Below, piece by piece: positions 13,841 through 22,323 of a DNA stretch of 26,303 nt. The DNA lies in IMG/VR virus record IMGVR_UViG_3300033412_000058, positions 1 through 26,303 of that record, one strand, 5' to 3'. Below the pieces are notes generated by a model. It searched no databases and was not told the DNA's origin. It saw only the letters and a list, made by a program, of their open reading frames with translations. How positions within the stretch are numbered: position 1 is the first letter of the stretch; each line of letters opens with the position of its first letter. This DNA comes from a virus. Taxonomy: Duplodnaviria; Caudoviricetes. A program made the position numbers and the translations under genes.

Positions 13841-13906
13841 CGCAGCGAAAAGCCTGAAGACCGAGTATCCGGCAACGGAGAAAAGTTTTCAGGCTTTTTT
13901 GCTGTG
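13841..13906 (+). promoter_or_regulatory. long leader hairpin sequestering the protease start codon
   Basis: CGCAGCGAAAAGCCTGAAGAC pairs with GTTTTCAGGCTTTTTTGCTGTG; apical TCCG-GCAA-CGGA hairpin flanked by AGTA/GAA. Confidence 0.7.
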
Positions 13907-15460
13907 GACCCGAAGAACCAAGACACCCTACCGACCGTGACCCTCGACAACGTCGAGGTGTTCTCCGTCGGGACCTGGAACGGGGACCCGTACTCCGAGC
14001 ACGACCTCGACCAGATGGTCTCCGCGTTCCACGAGCTGCGCTCCAGCTGGGAGCCGGCCGCGAAAGCGGGGCACGAGGACGGGCAGGAGAAGGACGGCAT
14101 GATGAGCCGCCTCTTCGGCGTTCCGGCGCTCGGCTACGTCGACCAGCTCGCCCGCAAGGGCGGCAAGCTGATCGCGCGCTTCAAGGACATGCCGCGCCGC
14201 TTCGCCGGGCTCGTCAAGGCGGGCACCTACAAGAAAATCTCCTCCGAGGTCTACTGGAACTACAAGAACCCCGCCACCGGCAAGGTCTACCCGCGCGTGC
14301 TGAAGGCTGTCGCCTTCTTGGGTGCGGACGTTCCGGCAGTCACCAACCTCAAGGAGATCGAGGCGCTGTTCTCCGTCAAGGACAACGGCGCGCTGGTGGC
14401 CTACGACGACGCGAAGAACGAGTTCCGGGCCTACGAGCAGGAGTACTGCGGCGAGGCGTACGTCGCCCCGATGCAGACCCGCAAGCTCGACAAGGCCACG
14501 GTCAAGTACAGCGAGAGCGGCAAGGCGGACGACACGTGCGGCAAGTGCCGCTACTTCCAGGGCGACCAGTGCTCCGTCGTCGAGGGGACGGTGGACTACA
14601 ACGGCACCTGCGACTTGCAGAAGCCGTACCCCTCGAAGATGGCCTCGATCGTCCGCGTGAAGAGCCACAGCATCGTCCGTCAGGGCGACAAGTTCTGCGT
14701 GGTCTCGAAGGACGACCCGAGCAAGGTCCTGGGCTGCCACGACACCGAAGAGGATGCCCAGAAGCAGCTCGCCGCTGTCGAGGCAGGCAAGGCGGACAAC
14801 GGCAACAACGACAACGACGGCGACGAGATGAAACCGCCTTTCAAAAAGAACAATTCGGAGGGTCACATGAACGAAGATCAGATCAACGAGCTCATGAAAA
14901 AGCGCGAGGACGAACTCAAGCTCCAGATGTTCAAGGAGTTCGAGGATCGCATCCACAAGGCGCGCGAAGAGGGCAAGGAAGAGGCCAACAAGGAGGCCGA
15001 GGCCCTACGCGAGGACATCCGCAAGCTCCAGCTTGAGAAGCGCTCCGAGCGCATCGAGGCGTGGATCAAGAGCATGAAGGAGCAGGGCAAGCTGCTCCCG
15101 GCCGAGGAGTCCAAGGTGCGGAGCCTCCGCCAGTGGATTCCCGACGAGGGGACCGACCTGAAGTTCTTCTCCGTCAAGGAGGGGAAGACCCAGGAGTTCA
15201 CTGCCGGGCCGGCTGAGATTTTCGAGTCGCTCTTCTCGAACCGTCCGAGCATCTTCCGCACGCTGAGCGCGCACGAGGACAGCGAAGAGGACCAGGGCTC
15301 CGTCCTTCAGGACGCGGGCGCCGAGGTCGACCGCCGCGCGAAGCAGTTCGCCGAGAAGCGGGCGAAGGACGGCGTGAAGGTCGCCTACATGGAGGCCGTC
15401 AAGCACGTCCTGGCGGGCAACCCCGGTCTTGCCGAGCGCTACCGCCAGCAGCGGCAGTAA
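13904..15460 (+). CDS. prohead protease (Mu gpI-like) fused to scaffold, with two inserted Cys-containing mini-domains
   Basis: VEVFSVGTWNG, KAGH (candidate catalytic His), PALGYV, YKKISSE (candidate catalytic Ser), LKAVAFLGADVPAV; charged coiled-coil C-terminus; lies upstream of the cement and MCP genes. Confidence 0.88.
   Translation: MDPKNQDTLPTVTLDNVEVFSVGTWNGDPYSEHDLDQMVSAFHELRSSWEPAAKAGHEDGQEKDGMMSRLFGVPALGYVDQLARKGGKLIARFKDMPRRFAGLVKAGTYKKISSEVYWNYKNPATGKVYPRVLKAVAFLGADVPAVTNLKEIEALFSVKDNGALVAYDDAKNEFRAYEQEYCGEAYVAPMQTRKLDKATVKYSESGKADDTCGKCRYFQGDQCSVVEGTVDYNGTCDLQKPYPSKMASIVRVKSHSIVRQGDKFCVVSKDDPSKVLGCHDTEEDAQKQLAAVEAGKADNGNNDNDGDEMKPPFKKNNSEGHMNEDQINELMKKREDELKLQMFKEFEDRIHKAREEGKEEANKEAEALREDIRKLQLEKRSERIEAWIKSMKEQGKLLPAEESKVRSLRQWIPDEGTDLKFFSVKEGKTQEFTAGPAEIFESLFSNRPSIFRTLSAHEDSEEDQGSVLQDAGAEVDRRAKQFAEKRAKDGVKVAYMEAVKHVLAGNPGLAERYRQQRQ
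14867..15460 (+). CDS. scaffolding protein from an internal in-frame start
   Basis: GGAGG at 14857-14861, 5 nt before in-frame ATG 14867, preceded by an A/U-rich stretch; same arrangement as Mu I/Z and lambda C/Nu3. Confidence 0.65.
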   Translation: MNEDQINELMKKREDELKLQMFKEFEDRIHKAREEGKEEANKEAEALREDIRKLQLEKRSERIEAWIKSMKEQGKLLPAEESKVRSLRQWIPDEGTDLKFFSVKEGKTQEFTAGPAEIFESLFSNRPSIFRTLSAHEDSEEDQGSVLQDAGAEVDRRAKQFAEKRAKDGVKVAYMEAVKHVLAGNPGLAERYRQQRQ

Positions 15461-15498
15461 GCGGGGCCAAACCAAAAGGGACGTAAAGGAGAACAGCT

Positions 15499-15867
15499 AT
15501 GTCTGAGAAACGTGGTGGAGACTTCGGACCTTCTGCTGTCGCGAGCGGAGACCTGAGCGGATTGCAGTTCAAGTTCGTCCGGTTCATCGGCAACGACGTG
15601 TTGATCCCGACCTCCGGCTCGCAGTGCCTGGGAGTCTTGCAGAACAAGCCCAAGAACCGCGAGTTCGCGGGCGTCATCGGCATCGGCTACACGAAGCTGT
15701 GGCTCGGCAACTCGATGGGCAGCGGGTGCGAGGTCATGGCTGGCAACCAGGGGTTCGCGACGATCGCGGCCTCGGGTCAGTGGACCCACGGCTTCCTGCT
15801 CACCGCCGGCAACTCCGGCGACCTGGGCGAAGCTGTCGTCGGCCCCGGCTACATCAAATCGGTCTAA
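15499..15867 (+). CDS. capsid cement/decoration protein (DUF2190-like)
   Basis: 122 aa, Gly-rich, LGVLQNKP motif, AAGGAG RBS; located between scaffold and MCP. Confidence 0.75.
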   Translation: MSEKRGGDFGPSAVASGDLSGLQFKFVRFIGNDVLIPTSGSQCLGVLQNKPKNREFAGVIGIGYTKLWLGNSMGSGCEVMAGNQGFATIAASGQWTHGFLLTAGNSGDLGEAVVGPGYIKSV

Positions 15868-15879
15868 AGGAGAGGCACA

Positions 15880-16860
15880 ATGGACGGAACTGTAAACCCT
15901 GGTATCGTAAAACGCTTCGCCGGAGCCACGGGCCGGGACTTGCACATCGACGTGCCCCTCACGGGTCTCACGATCGCGTACGAGCCGCAGGGCCTGATCG
16001 CGCCGATGATCTACCCGGTCGTCAGCGTCGACAAGGAGACCGGCGTCTACTACACCTGGCCCAAAGCGGAGAGCATGCGCCTGTACGACGCCTTCCGCGC
16101 GCGCGGGCGTGAGGCGAACCGCATCACGTTCGACGTCAGCTCGGACGGGTACGCTGTCAAGAACTACAGCTTGGCGCTGGACATCCCGCTCGAAGACATC
16201 GCGAACGCAGACGCGGCGCTCAACATCCAGGCTTCGGCCGCAGAGCGCGTCACCGACGGTCTGAATCTGGCCTGGGAGGACCGTCTCGCGACGACCCTCA
16301 CCACGACCACGAACATGACCTCCTCGACGGCGCTGGCCAACCCGTGGTCCGACTTCACGAACAGCTCGCCGATCGACGACCTGTACACGGCCCGCAACGC
16401 GATCCGCAAGCAGACCGGCTACACGCCGAACGTCTGGATTTACTCCGACGTGGCGTGGACCAACATCTCCCGGCACCCCGACGTGATCGAGTTCATCCGG
16501 GGCAAGGGCGACGACACCGGAGGCGGCCCCGTGAGCGAGCAGCAGCTCGCCAACGCCCTCGGGGGCGGGCGCGTGCTTATCGGTAAGGGCCTGAAGAACA
16601 TCGCGGCAGAGGGCCAGGCCCCCGTCTTCACCGACGTGTGGTCGACCGCCTGCGTGGTGCTCTATGTCGCGCCCAACCCGGGCATGATGCAGCCGTCGCA
16701 CGGCTACACCTTCCGCTGGACCCCGACCGGCCTCCCCGGCCCGCTGGCGGTCGAGCGCTACCAGAACACGCGCCCCAAGACGGAGTCCGTCGAGGTGCAC
16801 ATGTTCCAGGACGAGAAGGTCACCGGCGCGGACCTCGGCTATCTGATCGTGGGGTGCTAA
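15880..16860 (+). CDS. major capsid protein (HK97 fold)
   Basis: 326 aa; HIDVPLTGLTIAY, IAPMIYPVVSVDKE, PWSDFTNSSPIDD, GYTPN, PSHGYTF and DEKVTGADLGYLI; AAGGAG RBS; consistent synteny. Confidence 0.9.
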   Translation: MDGTVNPGIVKRFAGATGRDLHIDVPLTGLTIAYEPQGLIAPMIYPVVSVDKETGVYYTWPKAESMRLYDAFRARGREANRITFDVSSDGYAVKNYSLALDIPLEDIANADAALNIQASAAERVTDGLNLAWEDRLATTLTTTTNMTSSTALANPWSDFTNSSPIDDLYTARNAIRKQTGYTPNVWIYSDVAWTNISRHPDVIEFIRGKGDDTGGGPVSEQQLANALGGGRVLIGKGLKNIAAEGQAPVFTDVWSTACVVLYVAPNPGMMQPSHGYTFRWTPTGLPGPLAVERYQNTRPKTESVEVHMFQDEKVTGADLGYLIVGC

Positions 16861-17172
16861 GTGAACGTCTTCACCAAGGCGATCGACACGAAGAACTTCA
16901 AGGCCGTGCCCGGCATGGCCGTGCCGCGAAAGTACGACAAGCCGCACGTCATCCGCCACCTGCGAGAGAAGTACGGCAAGGACGCGGTGATCGCGATCGG
17001 CCAGGACAACCTCGACGTGCTAACTGCGATGCTGGGGGGCGAGTCGGCTGAGAAGTCGCTCGCCTCCATGAAGCAGATGAGCGTCGAGCAAGCGCAGAAG
17101 ATCAAGGCCCTTGAGAAGGAGAACGCCGCCCTGCGCAAGCAGGTGCAGCGCCTTGAGGGGCCCCAGCAGTAA
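16861..17172 (+). CDS. hypothetical protein with a C-terminal coiled coil, probably capsid-associated
   Basis: Starts immediately after the MCP stop; heptad pattern KIKALEKENAALRKQVQRLE. Confidence 0.7.
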   Translation: MNVFTKAIDTKNFKAVPGMAVPRKYDKPHVIRHLREKYGKDAVIAIGQDNLDVLTAMLGGESAEKSLASMKQMSVEQAQKIKALEKENAALRKQVQRLEGPQQ

Positions 17173-17173
17173 A

Positions 17174-17214
17174 CCCGGACCCGCGCCAGCGGGTGGCGAG
17201 CCGAGAGGCTCGGG
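17174..17214 (+). other. tandem GC-rich hairpins after the capsid genes (possible mRNA stabiliser or attenuator)
   Basis: ACCCGC-GCCA-GCGGGT (17179-17194) and CGAGCC-GAGA-GGCTCG (17197-17212); no U-tract follows. Confidence 0.5.
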
Positions 17215-17223
17215 AGGTACAGC

Positions 17224-17526
17224 GTGAGAATCAAAGAGCGGTTCCTCAGCCTGACAGCTGCCAAGGTAGTCGGCACGACCGACTGGCGCGGCGTCTCGAT
17301 CATGAGCTCCGGCACCACCGTGGTGTCCGTGGCCGCGACGCGCGCGAAGTCGGGCGCGGTGATCCTGACCCAGGCGATGCAGATGACCGTGGCGACCAAC
17401 TCGGCCAACCCGAGCGCCATCTTCACGGTCCCGGCGTCGGTGGGCAACGGCAGCTTCATCATCACGACGATCGGAAGCGTGGCGCCCCCGGTGAACATGC
17501 CGGTGGCTTGGGCCATCATCCAGTGA
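17224..17526 (+). CDS. small beta-rich putative virion structural protein
   Basis: GGGAGG RBS; rich in Ser/Thr/Val/Ala; located in the head module. Confidence 0.7.
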   Translation: MRIKERFLSLTAAKVVGTTDWRGVSIMSSGTTVVSVAATRAKSGAVILTQAMQMTVATNSANPSAIFTVPASVGNGSFIITTIGSVAPPVNMPVAWAIIQ

Positions 17527-17533
17527 TGTCGCG

Positions 17534-17869
17534 ATGTCGAGGATTCCGTACCTCTCCCGGACGGCGCTAGTCTTCCAGGACAACGTCGTCGTCAGCAGCG
17601 GGGCCGACTTCGGCGCGAAGCTGACAGGCCAGTTCACGCGCTTCTCCGGGGTGGGCCTCATCGCCTCGGGGAGCATGTCCGTCCGGCTCCGCACCTTCGC
17701 GTCCGCAGCCGGCACGCCCACGCTCTCCACGTCGACCTGGGCGCTCAACTCCGGCACATCCATCCTCGACGTCGCAAACTACGGGAACTACACCGCGATC
17801 GACGTGACTGCGGCCAACAGCAGCGCGTTGAACAGCACCCTGCTCATCTACGGCGAGCCGCTTCGCTAA
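17534..17869 (+). CDS. small beta-rich putative virion structural protein
   Basis: Rich in Ser/Thr/Gly/Ala; high GC3; consistent synteny. Confidence 0.7.
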   Translation: MSRIPYLSRTALVFQDNVVVSSGADFGAKLTGQFTRFSGVGLIASGSMSVRLRTFASAAGTPTLSTSTWALNSGTSILDVANYGNYTAIDVTAANSSALNSTLLIYGEPLR

Positions 17870-17945
17870 GGCGAGGGCGGAGATTTAATCTTCAACTCCC
17901 TCCCGAGGTGTGTTACACACACAGCGAGGAGGGATTGGCGCTTTG

Positions 17946-20900
17946 ATGAGAACCTACGAGCTAGACATAGTGATGTACGTCTCCGGGCTCCCGTTCGACG
18001 GCGACACGATCCCGTCCGGGCAGTCGCTCGGCGGGTCGGAGACGGCTGCCGTCCAGCTGGCCGAGGAGCTGGGAAGGCAGGGCCACAGGGTCACCGTCTT
18101 CTGCAACTGCGAGGGCGTGAAGGAGATCGGGGGCGTGCTCTACTCGCCGATCGGCTGGGCGGGGCGGCAGTTCCCGAAGGGCTTCTACGACTACATCCGC
18201 TCCGTCCCCGTGGACGTGTGCATCGTGCAGCGCATCCCGAGCATGTTCCAGTTCGAGACGCGCTCGAAGGTGAACCTGCTCTGGCAGCACGACCTCGCGA
18301 CGAAGACCGGCCCGTCGATCTTCCAGCCCTACTGCTGGAACATCGACCGCATCCTCGTGCTCTCCCAGTTCATGAAGAAGCAGTACCAGGAGGTGCACGG
18401 CGGCAGCGACGACCTGTACCACGTCACGCGGAACGGCGTCGACCCCGAGCTGCTCGCGTCGGTGCCCGAGACTCCGCGAGACCGCTTCCGGCTGACCTAC
18501 ACCGCGCGCCCCGAGCGCGGGCTCGACATCCTCCTGCGCGGCGTGTTCCCGAAAATCCTTGAGCGCGAGCCCCGAGCCAAGCTCTACGTCTCGCGCTACA
18601 CCGACCCGAACACGATGGAGTTCTACGGGCAGCTGGAAGCCGAGATGAAGCGCTTCGGCGACCGCGTCGAGTTCCTTGGCAACCTGGGCAAGAAGGCGCT
18701 CTACGACAACTACCGGCGCTCGCGCCTGTACCTGTACCCCTCCATGTTCGAGGAGGTGAGCTGCATCACGGCGATGGAGGTCGCGGCCAGCGGCTGCGTG
18801 TTCCTCGGCCCGTGGCGCGCCGCGCTCCCCGAGACGCTTGGCGGGTGCGCCCCGCTCCTCACGGACGAGGGCGTGCTGGGCCGACCCGGCGACGCCGCCG
18901 AGACCGGGCTCAAGCCCCCGAGCGAGAAGTTCGTGGCGGCGGTGGCCGACCACGCCGTGCGGCTCATGCGCGACGACGCGTACTGGGAGGACTGGCAGCG
19001 GAAGTCCCTCGTACGCGCTCAGGGGCTCAGCTGGAAGGGTGTGGCCGAGGACTGGATGCAGCTTGTGCACGAGACGATCGCGAGGAAGTCCGGCGACGCG
19101 CGTCGCATGGTGCGCCACTTCCTGTTCAACTCGGACGTGGTGGCCGCGCGCAAGTACGCGGACGAAGCGAAGTCCCCGCAGCTCCAGCGCTCGGTCGACA
19201 ACTACGTGGACCGCTACGTGCCGTTCATGTCGCGCCGCATCCCCGAGGAGAAGCGCCCGACGATCCAGCAGTTCTACGAGCAGCGGAGCGGCGGCGACCG
19301 CGCCAACTGGCAGACGGCGATGTACGCCGAGACCGAGGTGCGGACCCAACAGCTGATCAACTTCATCCGGCCGCACGTCGAGTCGGGCGACATCAAGACG
19401 CTGCTCGACTTCGGGTGCGCGCACGGCGGCTACACCAAGGCGTTGACAGACGCCTTCCCGAACCTGAAGGTCGTGGGCGTGGACACCTCGCCCAGCCTGG
19501 TCAGGTGCGCGAACGAGCTGAAGGCGAGCGGGCAGTGCAAGAACCCGCAGAACATGCGCTTCGTCGTCGCAGACGAGAACACGAGCATCCCGAAACTGAA
19601 CGACCTTGAGTTCGGCGATGACGGGATCGAAACGTATCAAAAGCCGTTCGACTGCGTGGTCGCGATGGAGGTGCTGGAGCACCTACCCGACGCCGAGGCT
19701 GCGGCTACCAAGCTGGAGGGCTTGTGCAGGGAGGGCGGGTGGACCATCTTTACAGTCCCCTCTGGCCACCGTGAGCGCGACGAGCTGGTGTCGAAAGGAG
19801 TGCCTCCGGTGCACGTGCGGTCCTTCGACCTGCACGACCTGCGCGACCTGTTCCAGAGGAAGCCCGAGTACTCGGTCACGAGCTTCAGCGACCTGACCGA
19901 GGCCGAGATGGACCGCACGTTCTCGTGCTGGTTCATGGTCTGCTACAGGGCCAACCACTGGCCGCTGGGCGAGATCGACTACCAGCGGAAGTTCTTCCTC
20001 CAGGGGCCGCGCGAGACCCTCGCCGTGTGCGTGATCGCGCACAACTCCGAGGACGTGATGCACCGCTGCCTGCGCTCGGTGATCCGATACGCGGACCAGG
20101 TGATCGTGGTCGACAACGGCCCGTCCACCGACCGCACGGCCGAGGTTGCGATGGAGTACACAGAGGACGTGCGCGCCGGCACGAGCCCGTTCTGGTGCTA
20201 CACGCACCTGGTCGTCCACCCGTACGACGGGATCGACCCGAACGTGTGCGAGATGGCCGGCTTCGAGACGCCGCGCAACGAGTCGGTCGAGGGCGTGTGG
20301 ACCGACTGGATCATGTGGATCGACTGCGACGAGCAGCTCCTCGACCCGGCGAACCTGCCGAAGTACCTGCGGAGCAACTGCTACGTGGGGTACGCCGTCG
20401 AGCAGCACCACATCTCGGTCGACGCGGTCAGCGCGATGAAGCGCGACGTGCCGGTGCGGCTCTACCGCAACGTGCCCGAGATGCGCTTCTACGGCATCGT
20501 GCACGAGCATGCGGAGCTGGGGATCAACAGGGGCGTGGGTCCGAACGTGATGGTGGCGACCGACGTGAAGCTCCACCACGACGGCTACCTGGTCGAGTCG
20601 ATCAGGCGGAACAGGTTCCGGCGCAACCTCCGGCTCCTCCAGTGCGACCGCAGGAAGTACCCGGAGCGGCTGCTCGGCTGGTTCCTCTACGAGATTCGCG
20701 ACTGCCAGCACATGGCGCGCTACGAGCAGGAGCAGAACGGCGGGTTCGTCAACGAGAAGGTGCAGCAGCTCTGCCACACGACGATCCGCGCCTACCGCGA
20801 GAAGTTCATGAAGGACAACATGATGATGTCCGAGGACGCGCTCAACTACTACTCGAACGCCCTGGCCATGCTCGGCATGGGCGTCGACGTGGTCGCGGAC

Positions 20901-21047
20901 ATCGAGATCGGGCGCCAGGGGAGCCCGATGGGCCCGCAGAAGTCGGTGATGCGCTTCCGCGCCGCCGACGTGAACGAGGCCGCAGAGATGCTCAAGACCC
21001 GCATGGGCCAGCTCGCCGTGCCGCACTCCGGGAGGTACGTGGCGTGA
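17946..21047 (+). CDS. three-domain enzyme: GT4-like glycosyltransferase, SAM-dependent methyltransferase and GT2-like glycosyltransferase
   Basis: GT-B motifs LGGSET, LWQHD, TRNGVD, RPERGL, YPSMFEEVSCITAME; MTase motifs LLDFGCAHG, VGVDTS, FDCVVAMEVLEHL; GT-A motifs VCVIAHNSE, VVDNGPSTDRT, WIDCDE, GIVHE. Start likely TTG 17943 or ATG 17946 after GAGGAGG (the track gives 17910). Confidence 0.9.
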   Translation: MRTYELDIVMYVSGLPFDGDTIPSGQSLGGSETAAVQLAEELGRQGHRVTVFCNCEGVKEIGGVLYSPIGWAGRQFPKGFYDYIRSVPVDVCIVQRIPSMFQFETRSKVNLLWQHDLATKTGPSIFQPYCWNIDRILVLSQFMKKQYQEVHGGSDDLYHVTRNGVDPELLASVPETPRDRFRLTYTARPERGLDILLRGVFPKILEREPRAKLYVSRYTDPNTMEFYGQLEAEMKRFGDRVEFLGNLGKKALYDNYRRSRLYLYPSMFEEVSCITAMEVAASGCVFLGPWRAALPETLGGCAPLLTDEGVLGRPGDAAETGLKPPSEKFVAAVADHAVRLMRDDAYWEDWQRKSLVRAQGLSWKGVAEDWMQLVHETIARKSGDARRMVRHFLFNSDVVAARKYADEAKSPQLQRSVDNYVDRYVPFMSRRIPEEKRPTIQQFYEQRSGGDRANWQTAMYAETEVRTQQLINFIRPHVESGDIKTLLDFGCAHGGYTKALTDAFPNLKVVGVDTSPSLVRCANELKASGQCKNPQNMRFVVADENTSIPKLNDLEFGDDGIETYQKPFDCVVAMEVLEHLPDAEAAATKLEGLCREGGWTIFTVPSGHRERDELVSKGVPPVHVRSFDLHDLRDLFQRKPEYSVTSFSDLTEAEMDRTFSCWFMVCYRANHWPLGEIDYQRKFFLQGPRETLAVCVIAHNSEDVMHRCLRSVIRYADQVIVVDNGPSTDRTAEVAMEYTEDVRAGTSPFWCYTHLVVHPYDGIDPNVCEMAGFETPRNESVEGVWTDWIMWIDCDEQLLDPANLPKYLRSNCYVGYAVEQHHISVDAVSAMKRDVPVRLYRNVPEMRFYGIVHEHAELGINRGVGPNVMVATDVKLHHDGYLVESIRRNRFRRNLRLLQCDRRKYPERLLGWFLYEIRDCQHMARYEQEQNGGFVNEKVQQLCHTTIRAYREKFMKDNMMMSEDALNYYSNALAMLGMGVDVVADIEIGRQGSPMGPQKSVMRFRAADVNEAAEMLKTRMGQLAVPHSGRYVA

Positions 21048-21265
21048 TCGACGACAAGGTCCCGGAGATCACCGAGGGGTTCACGCTCGCGGTGACGCGC
21101 GCGGACGGGCAGAAGCAGGAAACTACCTACGATCAGGACGGGCCGCTCGACCTACAGAGGACTGCGAGGGCCGCCGTGAACGAAGCATTCGCAGAGGCGC
21201 TCGACCGGCGCCTCGCCGATATTGTCACGGAGGTTCTCGACTATGAGCGACGGCGTTCTGATTAA
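21044..21265 (+). CDS. hypothetical protein (MIDDKVPEITEGFTLAV...), 73 aa
   Basis: GTGA overlap with the GT stop and a GGGAGG RBS; corresponds to the 3' end of track ORF 19925..21265. Confidence 0.6.
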   Translation: MIDDKVPEITEGFTLAVTRADGQKQETTYDQDGPLDLQRTARAAVNEAFAEALDRRLADIVTEVLDYERRRSD

Positions 21266-21710
21266 ACACGACTTCAAGTTCTTCATCCAGCGCGACGACG
21301 GACGGACGGAGGAGACGGAGTGGATCGACAACCTCTTCGTGAAGCGCGGCATGTCCTACCTGGCGCGCCTCCAGTCGACCGACGTCGTCTCGGCGATGAA
21401 CTTCATGCACCTCGGGAGCGGCACCGTGGCGGCGACGCTGTCGGACATCGCGCTAGGGAGCCAGTCCGGCTCGCGGTCCGTGATGGCCTCGCGCCTGGTG
21501 ACGGGGGCGAACTCGAACATCCTGACCGAGGTGGCGACCTTCGCCGGGTTCCTGAGCGGGGTCACCTCGATCCAGCTGAGCGAGATCGGCATCTTCAACC
21601 AGGCCAGCTCGGGCGGCGACATGCGCTCGCGCGCGGTGTTCGCGCCGATCGTCCTGGCCGACACGGACTTCTTGCAGGTGACCTACCGGACCACGGTCGG
21701 GAGCATCTGA
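21243..21710 (+). CDS. virion structural protein resembling the tail-collar/fibre N-terminal domain
   Basis: NLFVKRGMSYLA...MHLGSGTVAATLSDIALGSQ...ATF...SEIGIFN...RAVF...LQVTY; GGAGG RBS before ATG 21243. Confidence 0.7.
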   Translation: MSDGVLIKHDFKFFIQRDDGRTEETEWIDNLFVKRGMSYLARLQSTDVVSAMNFMHLGSGTVAATLSDIALGSQSGSRSVMASRLVTGANSNILTEVATFAGFLSGVTSIQLSEIGIFNQASSGGDMRSRAVFAPIVLADTDFLQVTYRTTVGSI

Positions 21711-21722
21711 CGAGGGACGGCG

Positions 21723-22307
21723 GTGAGGGGCCTGCTTGTCCGCCAGCACAACGGCTCCTTCAGTCTCCTGCGGTATGAGCCGATCATCCAGGAGGTGGCT
21801 GGCACGGATCACTTGGACGTGTATGTTGCTCCTGGCGATCCTGTTGGTTTCAGGAATATGTGCGTGGCTGGCACTCACGCACTTCTGGGCACCGCTCCTG
21901 TCGGACTCGATGACACGGGCGACGCTCTCGCCGTAGAGGTGTTCATCGTGCCGAAGGCCGCGATGTCGGCAGACTTGAGGCGACGGATTTTACAGGCGCA
22001 ACTATCTTATCAACCCACAACCAAGGAGAAGACTATGTATGACATCGTGATCAACGCGACACTGAGCGGCGACTCCGTGCTGGGCGTGGCCAGCGTGTCC
22101 AAGGACGGCAAGCCGTTCACCGACTACAGCGCGACCTACCACAGCATGAGTGCGGACCAGATCAAGATGCTCAACGCGCACGTCCAGGACTTCGTGCGGA
22201 AGAACCGGCTCACCGGCCTCACGCGCGAACAGATGCAGAACGTCCAGAAGCGTTTCGCCAACCACATGTTCGCGCTGGGCGACAAGGTCGGGAAAGGCAG
22301 AAAGTAA
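21723..22307 (+). CDS. hypothetical protein; the strongly supported part is 22035-22307
   Basis: Open from GTG 21723; internal AAGGAG followed by in-frame ATG at 22035. Confidence 0.55.
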   Translation: MRGLLVRQHNGSFSLLRYEPIIQEVAGTDHLDVYVAPGDPVGFRNMCVAGTHALLGTAPVGLDDTGDALAVEVFIVPKAAMSADLRRRILQAQLSYQPTTKEKTMYDIVINATLSGDSVLGVASVSKDGKPFTDYSATYHSMSADQIKMLNAHVQDFVRKNRLTGLTREQMQNVQKRFANHMFALGDKVGKGRK

Positions 22308-22323
22308 AAAGGAGAGGTGGACC

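Noticed and set aside
13885-13900. Intrinsic terminator at CAGGCTTTTTT
   Set aside because: The U-run is itself paired within the long stem, and the element lies between a promoter and the start codon, which fits a leader structure better.
891-20439. Long alternative-frame plus-strand ORFs rich in R/P/G or S/T/R (e.g. 891-1778, 3835-4950, 18812-19609)
   Set aside because: Their composition is what off-frame reading of GC-rich genes produces, and they have no RBS or domain evidence.
743-21026. Long minus-strand ORFs (e.g. 743-1744, 2840-5284, 10382-12196, 15439-16959, 17961-19682, 19683-21026)
   Set aside because: They are antisense shadows of high-GC3 plus-strand genes, with L/V/R/G-rich translations and no recognisable motifs.
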